Shown: positions 12,531-23,500 of the stretch, piece by piece
Numbering within the stretch: position 1 is the first letter of the stretch
Layout: the number at the start of each line of letters is the position of its first letter
Source: Paragordius varius
Taxonomy: Eukaryota > Animalia > Nematomorpha
Direction: 5' to 3'
Assembly: GCA_964247055.1 (NCBI GenBank)
Contig: OZ176055.1
Coordinates: 5,394,001 to 5,458,000, forward strand
DNA: 64,000 nt
Translations under genes and position numbers: made by a program
The notes under the pieces: model-generated
Seen by the model: the letters and a program-made list of their open reading frames with translations, nothing else
The model's database searches: none
Told to the model about the DNA's origin: nothing

Positions 12531-13351
12531 CACTGGGTTACAATACACTCATTTTACTCCTTCGAATCAAATTGGGGTAGTTGGATACCCCAGGCCTGTT
12601 TAAAATCAAATACTTTAAAAAGTATGGAAGCAATCAAAACCATGGCAAAATTTTGCACTTATATAACATTAATAAACCGAAATATATAAAAAATTTTATT
12701 CAAAAATACTTGAAATTACTTATTTTGAGCTAAAACTGAAAGGTAAAAATTTAGTCAACGTGACATGTGTCAAATTGTAAAATTAAAAAATAATACAAAA
12801 TAAAACGCTTTTTCTATTTCTATCTATGTTAGATGTAATTTATATAAAAAATAAGCTTTAGTTTTACCCTTAAAATTAAATAAAGACGATATTTTGAATA
12901 AATTTAAAATAAAAATGTCGAAGAGGTTTGAGATGAAGCTTTTTTTTCAAAACAAAATTTAATCAAGATATTTTGGTATATATATATATAATATTTATCA
13001 GGATAGAAGCATAAATTTAAATTGGGACCGTTTCCTTCAGGAGTTTTTTAAAAATATTAATTTAAAATTAGCCTGGGGTATTTAGATACCCCAATTTGAA
13101 TCGAAGTGTTAAAATTGAATGAAGACGATATTTTGCAAAATTTTTGTAAAAACAAAATGGCGTCGAAGTAGTTTGAGATGGAACTTTTTTTTCAAAACAA
13201 AATTTTATCAAGATGTTTTGGCATATTTATATAATATTTATCAGGATAGAAGCATAAATTTAAATTGGGACCGTTTCCTTCAGTAGTTTTTTAGAAATTT
13301 TAATTTATATTTAGTCTGGGGTATTTAGATACCCCAATTTGGATCGAAGTG
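12531..13351. mobile_element. piggyBac-like MITE (TTAA-flanked) built from ~240-bp modules
   Basis: Ends read TTAA|CACT...AGTG|TTAA (TTAA at 12527-30 and 13352-55). Subterminal inverted repeat cttcga..caaattggggta..gatacccc at both ends, and two tandem ~240-bp modules at ~12885-13351. A reverse-oriented relative lies at 41954-42722. Confidence 0.75.
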
Positions 13352-14246
13352 TTAAAGTGATTATTATATATTAAAGCATAATTAAAACGGTCTGAATGTG
13401 CTTTAAGATATTATAAGCTTTTAAATTTGATGATGGGGAACATTTCTAACAATTTCGATTGAAAGGTTAGTTACTTTGAAATCTGGGTAAAATTTATAAA
13501 AAAAACACAATTTTAAATTAAATCTGAACAATAACATAATAAAAATATGAGGTGATGGAAATGTTCAAATGACTTGGAAAAGGTGGTTCTTAATAATTAT
13601 AACAATTTTATACCATTTCTACAATGAAACTCTCTTTACCAAAATTTTTCCATAATTAAAATTTTAAGCAAAGATTTCGGAAAAAGTTTTTCTAAAATAT
13701 AACAATTATTTAAAATTTTACAATGAATTTTGTGTTTAGTTTAAAACCTGCCAATTTTATATATGTCCAAAAATTTCAGACTTTTGGAGCCCACATCTAA
13801 GATAATTTTTTATATAAAATATTGATTTGCTCCTATACTTCATGATATTTTTTAGCGTTTTTAGAATAAACCATTTAGCTTATGAAAATCTTGTAAATAT
13901 GAATATCAGTATATATATTAGATTTTACACCAAATACGTGCGCTATGGAATCATAAAGAGTAAACTTTTTTTATGTCACTCAGCACACCAAAAAGACCAG
14001 AGTCCAGATGCATTTTTCTAGAAAACATACAAAATATTTTTTTAGTACTGTGTTATATGATCAAATTTTGCAATTTTTTGATAAGAAATCATAAGTAGAC
14101 TCAATGATTCGCAACGCCCAAAAAAGCACCATGAGAACCTATTGCATTCTATCAGAATTCATTAATATTGGTAAGATATTTTTCCGTGCAGTATGTAGAG
14201 ACTGTTAAATATTAATATATCTAATAATAGTCATCAACCAATATTA

Positions 14247-14885
14247 TTTGTATAACCTTCTTTAGGATAAAGAAAAGAAATTAAAACTAAATCAAAAAAG
14301 ATATAAAATGATGAAAATGATTAGGGGGAAAGGTATTTTACCAAGTGAAAAAAATCAGTATACATTACTGGCCTACACAATACATACGCTCTAATAAATA
14401 TAATTCCGGACTTGCTAAACACATTTGTTCTCAAGCCCACCACATAGCTAAAACAGAAGTTTTGGATAACATTGAAGATCGTTCAAAACGATTTATACGT
14501 GAAGCTATCGAAATTAAAAAACAAAATGCAAATCTCAACCGTGCCGACGGTATGATATTGTCTAACATCTGGAATTACAACCTAAAATAGTATTATATAA
14601 TGCAACTATAACACAACCAATTATACTTAATTATTATACAATTGTATAATCCATTCATTAATTAAGGGTATTTATAACTATTTTTTCCAGTAATGTTTAC
14701 TGGTTTTTTCCCTAGTTATAAATATCTTTACCACACATCATTTTATATCTTTTTTGATTTCGTTTTAATTTCTTTTCTTTATCCTAAAGAAGGTTATACA
14801 AAAATAGCCGAAAAGATATTTATTAAATAAATTAACTATTTATTTTTTAAAAATCATTAATACGCGTTTTTGCCATTTACTTTCG
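14247..14885 (+). mobile_element. Penelope-like element remnant: C-terminal GIY-YIG endonuclease fragment flanked by inverted terminal-repeat copies
   Basis: ORF 14345-14590 contains SGLAKHICSQAHHIAKTEVLDNIEDRSKRFIREAIEIKKQNANLNRADGMILSNIW, the typical PLE EN C-terminus (S.LA.H...GH......IL..E.....R...EAI.I......LNRD.G..L...W). Segment 14247-14370 is an inverted copy of ~14688-14803. Confidence 0.75.
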
Positions 14886-15151
14886 AATGAGAATGTTTGT
14901 TTGTATGAGAATGATTTGTAAGAGAATGTATATCCGTGTGAGATTTAGGAATGTGTGTTGTGTTTCTGTTAATCATGTTATGCCTCTTTTCATGTGTCTT
15001 AAAATATATTTTTGTGATGTTTTTGGAAAAAAATAGTTTACTGAATGTCCGCTACTGCGATTTTTCGATATTAAGCAAACACCACAAATATAAAAAAACT
15101 TATATCACTTGTAATAATAACCATGATTCTGATTTTATTAGAATATATATA

Positions 15152-18100
15152 CAGTATGCATTTTAATGTCTGTTAAGTAATTTTATTGCCTGCCAAATAA
15201 CATAAATGGTTTATCAAAAGCGTAAAATACTGACCCACGAAATTATTTCGTAGTACACATATGAAAAAGATTGACGTGAGAATTAACATAGGCTTTAATT
15301 TGATGGATATTTTGTAATGTTAAATTTTGGGAATATTATAGCAATTTATGTTAACATTTGTAATATTGTTGTTACGTATTTAGATGCGGAATTTTGTGGG
15401 TTTTTATCTTTGATAAATTAATAAATAGTAAAATACGTATTTTAAGATATTTTATGTTAATTATTCCTAAATTTAATAATAAATATTTTTCAACATGCTA
15501 AATACCTGTATTAATTAATCTTGGTATCATAATTTTATATAGTTGTTATTACTAATTAAAAAAACACAGGTAAATATATATTTGTGAAAATTTAAGTAGA
15601 TTTTTGTCTTTTATGTTTTGCATTATTTTTATCAGGTAAAAATTGCGGTTTTTAATAAATTTCCTAAAAATTTAGTTTTTTTTGTTTTTTAGGTTTTGCA
15701 TTGTTAATTGTAACTAACTACTGCATATTTTGGACATTATAATAATTACAGGTAAAAATTGCGGTTTTTAACAAATTCAGTAAAAATTTAGTTTTTTTTG
15801 TTTTTTTTAGGTTTTGCATTGTTAATTGTAACTAACTACTGCATATTTTGGACATTATAATAATTACAAAATTTAGTAAAAAGTTAATTTTTTTGTTTTA
15901 GAGGATTTTCATTGTTAATTGTAATTATTTAATTTTGGACATTTCAATTAATAAAGGTAAAAAATGAGGTTGTTTTTATATTTAATAAAATTTAATATTT
16001 TCTTGTTTTTTTATTTAATATTGTTAATTGTAATTAATTACTACATATTTGGAAATTTTAATAAATACAGGTGAAAATGGCGGTTTTTAACAAATTTCAA
16101 ATGTAACATTTTTTGTATCTTGTATCATTGTTATTTAATTAATTACTAAATATTTTGGACATTTAAAAAACTTGTGTAAGTTGCGGTTTTTATTAAATTA
16201 GTGAATTTTATTTTTTGTTCAACCTTGCTAATTTATTTATCACTATATATTTGTGATACATTGATATATACAGGTAAAAATTACTATGACTTGCGGTTTT
16301 TTGAATTATTTAAAATATTTTTTTTACATTGATAACTTATATAATAAATATAGTTAACATATCTGAGTAGGTAAAAATGCATGTTACGGTTTTATGTTTG
16401 ACATTTCCATCAACTATTTATATTTTAACAAACAACTTATGTCACCAAAGATTGAAAATAAGATCAAGATATATAAAACATCTTTTAAAGTATCTGAATA
16501 TCGCCAAATATAAATAAATTTATTTAAATTATAAATGTATAATTATACAAAATATTCATATTATGTTTGAAATTAACATTCTTCTTATTGATATTAATAC
16601 AGGTAATTTATTTATATAAATGATGTACGATGCGGTGTGCGTTCATGATGATCATATGGATTGAAGAATAGTATAAGATGTAGATAATCCTGAAAATTTT
16701 AATCACCATCATTTTTTAGGTAGACAAAATATAAGATAATTGATATATTAGAAAATTGATACCTGGAAATATTGGGGGAAACATTCATAGTTTGAAAGGA
16801 AACTCAAAAGGTTGACTTGGCTTTTTAACAATTAAATTTGCAAAAAAATATTTTCTTCATGATAAAATATTCAAAAATGATTTATGTTTTTTTCGTTCTA
16901 CCATCCTAAACTATAAATATGAAAAGGCTTATATGATTTCACCATACCAATGACGTCAAATAGAAAATAGAAACAAATAATTTTTTTCAAAAGCTTGGAA
17001 TGCAACAGCACTCCAAAAGCAGGCAACACTAACATTGTTTGCTTTGGTGAAGAATAATTTTTTATATTTATAGTTTAGGATGGTAAAACGAAAACGTAAA
17101 ATAAGGTATCATTTTTGAATTTTTTATCATGAAGAAAATATTTTTTTGCAAATTTAGTTGTTAAAAAGCCAAGTCAACCTTTTGAGTTCCCTTTCAAACT
17201 ATGAATGTTTCCCCCAATATTTAATCCAAGTATCAATTTTCTAATATATCAATTATCTTATATTTTAGGTGATAGAATCTACCTAAAAAATGATGGTGAT
17301 TAAAATTTTCAGGATTATCTACATCTTATACTATTCTTCAATCCATATGATCATCATGAACGCACACCGCATCGTACATCATTTATATAAACAAATTACC
17401 TGTATTAATATCAATAAGAAGAATGTTAATTTCAAACATAATATGAATATTTTGTATAATTATACATTTATAATTTAAATAAATTTATTTATATTTGGCG
17501 ATATTCAGATACTTTAAAAGATGTTTTATATATCTTGATCTTATTTTCAATCTTTGGTGACATAAGTTGTTTGTTAAAATATAAATAGTTGATGGAAATG
17601 TCAAACATAAAACCGTAACATGCATTTTTACCTACTCAGATATGTTAACTATATTTATTATATAAGTTATCAATGTAAAAAAAATATTTTAAATAATTCA
17701 AAAAACCGCAAGTCATAGTAATTTTTACCTGTATATATCAATGTATCACAAATATATAGTGATAAATAAATTAGCAAGGTTGAACAAAAAATAAAATTCA
17801 CTAATTTAATAAAAACCGCAACTTACACAAGTTTTTTAAATGTCCAAAATATTTAGTAATTAATTAAATAACAATGATACAAGATACAAAAAATGTTACA
17901 TTTGAAATTTGTTAAAAACCGCCATTTTCACCTGTATTTATTAAAATTTCCAAATATGTAGTAATTAATTACAATTAACAATATTAAAAAAAAAACAAGA
18001 AAATATTAAATTTTATTAAATATAAAAACAACCTCATTTTTTACCTTTATTAATAATGTCCAAAATTAATTAATTACAATTAACAATGAAAATCCTCTAA

Positions 18101-18847
18101 AACAAAAAAATTAACTTTTTACTAAATTTTGTAATTATTATAATGTCCAAAATATGCAGTAGTTAGTTACAATTAACAATGCAAAACCTAAAATAAACAA
18201 AAAAAACTAAATTTTTACTGAATTTGTTAAAAACCACAATTTTTACCTGTAATTATTATAATGTCCAAAATATGCAGTAGTTAGTTACAATTAACAATGC
18301 AAAACCTAAAAAACAAAAAAAACTAAATTTTTAGGAAATTTATTAAAAACCGCAATTTTTACCTGATAAAAATAATGCAAAACATAAAAGACAAAAATCT
18401 ACTTAAATTTTCACAAATATATATTTACCTGTGTTTTTTTAATTAGTAATAACAACTATATAAAATTATGATACCAAGATTAATTAATACAGGTATTTAG
18501 CATGTTGAAAAATATTTATTATTAAATTTAGGAATAATTAACATAAAATATCTTAAAATACGTGTTTTACTATTTATTAATTTATCAAAGATAAAAACCC
18601 ACAAAATTCCGCATCTAAATACGTAACAACAATATTACAAATGTTAACATAAATTGCTATAATATTCCCAAAATTTAACATTACAAAATATCCATCAAAT
18701 TAAAGCCTATGTTAATTCTCACGTCAATCTTCTTTCATATGTGTACTACGAAATAATTTCGTGGGTCAGTATTTTACGCTTTTGATAAACCATTTATGTT
18801 ATTTGGCAGGCAATAAAATTACTTAACAGACATTAAAATGCATACTG
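15152..18847. mobile_element. Giant foldback-type non-autonomous DNA transposon (3.7-kb palindrome) with Tc1/mariner-type ends
   Basis: Arm 15152-~16925 is the reverse complement of ~17058-18847, with a spacer of only ~130 bp. Ends read TA|CAGTATGC...GCATACTG|TA. Each arm contains ~8 tandem ~110-bp subunits (caggtaaaaattgcggtttt...). No transposase ORF. Confidence 0.88.
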
Positions 18848-18940
18848 TATTTCATCAAGATTTTCTTGCGTGTGCTGTGTTATGTTAAAATTATTTGGTG
18901 AAGCTAAATGCTCTTTCTTAAATAATATCATTTATATAAC

Positions 18941-20040
18941 ACTGTGTGCAAAAAAATTTAACAAAATGTTTATCATCAGATAGCTTATAGGGAAATCATT
19001 TGCCGCAAAAATTTTATTTATTGACGACCAAGTTTTTACAATATTGAGAGAAAATCGAAATCAAAAACTGTAAATTAAGGATAATTGAAAAAATATTAAT
19101 AAAATTTGAGATATTAAGGTATCTTGTCATTTTATCAGATATTTACAAAATAGCTTAAAATTATATAATTAGGGTTAAACTCAGATCAAAAAATCCTATT
19201 TTTTCATTAACATACCTATATGCAAAAATTTTATGATGAAACTATATTAAATTAAAACTCACTATTAAAAGCTTAATATTTTTTTATACAGTAAAAATTA
19301 GTTATATATCAAAATAAAATTGATAAAATATTGTTTTTTATTTTTTTCATCTGGTTCATGAGTGTATAATAAATTTAATTAGTTTGGAATGTTACATGAG
19401 CGGGAATCAGAAAGTATATAAATTAATACAAAATACAATTTACATGTAGTGGTATAAAATTCTTATAAATTCTAGGAACAGGTTTGTTTTAACAACAAAT
19501 TAATATTTTTGTTGCGATTTGTACGGATTTTTGGCTGATTTTCCATTACTTGTAAATTCTATTTTTATAAATTTATATACTTTGTGATTCCCATTTAAGG
19601 TTCCAAAATAAAACATTAACTTTAGTATATACTCATATGCCATACGAAAAAAATGAAAAAATAAAAAACAAATTATTAATTTTATTTTTTATATATAACT
19701 TATTTTACTGTATAAATTAATAATTAAGATTTTAATAGTGAGTTTTATAAAGTATGTTAATGAAAAAACAGGATTTAGATCTAAGTTTTGATATAATACC
19801 TGATTATATAATTTTAAGCTATTTATAAATTTATATCTGATAAAATAATATATCAAATTTTATCATTATTTTTTTAATTATTCTTAATTTTCAGTTTTTA
19901 GCTAATTTCGATTATCTCTCAATATTTCAAAAACTAGGTCGTCAGTAAATTATATTTTTTGCGGCAAATTAATTCAATGGTTATATATCTCATGAAAAAA
20001 AATTTTGTTAATAAAATGAACCCTCTTGTTTGCACAATAT
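18941..20040. mobile_element. Degenerate ~1.1-kb palindromic element
   Basis: Matching inverted blocks along both halves, e.g. tttgccgcaaaaa/ttttttgcggcaaa, gacgacc/ggtcgtc, aaaatagcttaaaattatataat/attatataattttaagctatttt, aaaactcactattaaaa/ttttaatagtgagtttt. Centre near 19480. Termini and TSD not resolved. Confidence 0.7.
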
Positions 20041-20585
20041 ACTATATTTAAACCCAAAACAATATTTTAACATAATTATAATTTTGAGATATGGGCTCCT
20101 AAAGTTTCAGAATTTTTGCATCCATCTAAAATAAGCTAGTTCTCGTAATTAGGCAAAAATGCCGAGTTTTCGATAATGTGGAAGAAATGAATCAAAAAAG
20201 ATAGCAAAATCCATCTTATTGGATTATTTACTTTAATTGAGACAAAAATATGGAAATATATACTAACTTTATAATAATATAACGGCAGCAAATTTTTTTG
20301 GATTTAAGCGTTTGATTTCATTTTTTATTTAACTTTTATACTATTACGTTTTTATTATATAAGAATTACAAACTCCAAAACTAAAAGCACCGTGGGAATA
20401 CAGATTCAATTTTCTAATAGATAATGGATATATAAATATTTTAATGCGCTAAGCAAATTTGTGGGCTGTGTCTACAAAATAATCATGTTGCTGTTAATTC
20501 AATATCGAAAAGTCATAAATATTCTAATTTATTAAAAACTCAATCACATATAATTGACAATTTGGCTTATGCTTTAAATGTAATA

Positions 20586-23500
20586 TTACTCTAACAAAAC
20601 ATTCGATTCTTGATACTGTGATATGCACCAGTCTTCAATGATTGCGATCACAGCTTTATATCTTCTACCAATGGCCTTAAAATGTTCTTCTGTCATAAAG
20701 GGCTCTAATTGATCATTTTCTGTAGTAAGAGAATCTCTTAAAGCTTTAACGAGACCAGCTGATCCTAACATTTTTAGCCGATCGTAAGTTGACTTTCGCA
20801 TCCTAACCGAAGTATTCAATATAATAAGTTCTGTTTAATTTAAGATGTGGTTATAGTAAAATTAGTGGTGTAGCCAAGGGAGGCTGATGGACCGGGCGCT
20901 ATAGTTGAAGGAGCGCCGGATTTTAAAAAATTTCATTGTTAAAAAAATAGGTATTTAAAAGTTATTATTTTCAATAATACATAAAAATAGCCCATTTATG
21001 ACGGGTCAAATTTGATTATTGATTAAAAATGCAAGGAATTTATGGATGGGTGAGGGGCGCCAGAAATGCAAGCTACGCCTCTGACTAAATATCTATTAAC
21101 AATAATAACTTTTCAAAAAAAATTATAAAATACGTGGATACTTGCAACATTGGTATAAAGGCGCTAGGGTTGTAAATGTATCTACGCTGGGATCTGGAAA
21201 ACTAACATAAAAAGATATTTATTTTAATATGTGTAATGCTTAAAATAAAGTCATGAAAAGTTAAAAAGTTAACCAATTTCCAGAATCCAACATAATTAGA
21301 TGGAGGGGAGTTGTATCTGGTTCCTCCGCATAAGTATTAAATTTTGGTGGCTTCATGTATTCAAATGAACTTCTGTCGATATTATCAATTATGAAATCGT
21401 ATATGGCTATGTCAACTATATCCAGCAATAAGTTCTTTTTGTATGTGTTAGCATATCCCTTTTTATCTTGTGAAAGTATATCCTTCATATTTGTTAAGCA
21501 AAACTCATTGGAAACATCATAGCTAAATAGATTAGTTAAAATTACTATGATAGACTTATAAATTTTCTATTCCACTACATCCATTGAATAAAATTATTTT
21601 AAAAATTTTCCATAAATGGTGCAGAAACAGACTAGGCTAGCTTTTTCCAAATTATATGATTAACATTTAAAATAAATTGACACGTTAATAATTTGTTGGA
21701 ATATATAGAATGAATGATAGAGTTGGAATTGAGAAATTTGATTAATTTTACTTACGGTTGATAACCGTCACAATTTTTAAATTCTCGGTCCCAATACTTT
21801 GGATGCCAAGGGTTATCCAATATACCTAATGAGTGAGGTAACCACATAATCATTGCGCCCGAAATAAATCCTTCGCTGTCCGTGCATAATTTTTTTGATT
21901 TAAGTTTTTTCTGTTTTGTCACACCGTCACTGGATTTGGTGTATTTGCGTCCCTTGTAAATTCGAAAACAAAAGCTCCCTTCTCTTTCCTCTATTAAAAA
22001 CATAAAAATGCATGTGTTAAAATGCCATTACTCCTGCCTTAGAGTCAAGCGTTTTTTAATAATCAAAATAAAATTATCTTTAAACCTGTTTCGAGTGGCT
22101 GTAACTAACTCTAAAGTAGGGGTGGCTAACATGCGGCCCGCGAAAAATTTGGCCATAAATTACAAAATTATGCTCACAAAATTTTAATGAAATTGATGTT
22201 TCTTAAATTTGTTAAATAAGTATATCCAATTGCCAAGAATTTAAAAAATTGCTATATTGCGTTTTCACTTTACTGTTTTATGTTATCTAATAAATTCTTA
22301 TGAATGCCCATATATCGAATGCGGCCGGCCGGGTTGGGATGTTAAATTATTTTTCGGCATTAAATTAAAGCTTGAAAACTGGTAGAAATGAAATAATATG
22401 AATTTTTTATAGTTACCAGATTATTTTTAAAACAAATAATAGTCTGAACATATTTTGGTAATAAAAAACCGTATCAATATGTAGTTTGATTATTCCTTTT
22501 ATAAATAATATATTCAAAATTAATAAACCAATAGTATAATATCATGAACAAAATTTTTTAAATAAGGTACAGGAATAAGGAATTTAAATAAACTTGATTA
22601 ACAGCGCATTAAGGAAGGAAATATGGGATCAAAATTTAATATAAATACGGATAAAAAACTTAAATGAAAATATTTTATAAAATAAATACCATTTTCGGAA
22701 ACATCTTTTATTATATGGTGGGCATCTGCAGGGAGTAACTCGTTAAATAAATGGAACTTTCTGCCTGCGGTAATAGGTGTTTTGTTAAATCCAAAAATTC
22801 TGCAGCAAAATAATTTAGATTGGATGTTATTTACAATATTTAATTTTTATTATCCAATATCGTAAATAGTAATTTAATATTTGCGAAAAATAAAAGGTTA
22901 CCTACATATTATTGTACCTGCTAAGATGAAATGCTAGAATTTCACATTGAAACCTTTCTCTCCCATGGAAGGCTGGCCAAAATCGATCTTTAATAAATTC
23001 AGTCATTGAAGATCGGGCTGGTTTAAACAGAAAACGCTGACCCTGACTAAGCTGTACAATGAGTTTAATAGTACTTCCTCGCATGCGATTTAGCGTAACC
23101 TGTTTTTTTCGGGCCTGTGATGATTTAGATTTCAAAGGAGGCTTATCTATGTCGTTAGTGTTTGGAAATGTATCAGTATCTTCGATTTGGAGACTTTTTG
23201 TGGAAACCCTTTTGTTGGGGGAATCGATTTTTTCGATAGGATCTTCTTTTATGGCGTGATAAATGCGAGCTAAAAGTTTGTGCGTTGATTTGCCTTGATT
23301 GTAGAGTTTCGACGAGGGCCAAGACTTTTCAACCCATTTGGCAGCTAATGTCCATGGATTAATTGTATTAAGTGCAGATTTATTACTGATCGCATTTTTC
23401 GATAATATTATATCAAGGTTCGGAATTTCATCAGTATTCGTTTGGGTCGTTGTGTCAGATGTGAATATGAGGTCGTTTCCCAATAGATTTTTAGAAAGGA

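Noticed and set aside
17290-17478. ORF inside the palindrome as a possible transposase remnant
   Set aside because: Low-complexity I/N/Y/K composition, lies within an arm, and has no DDE or HTH motif.
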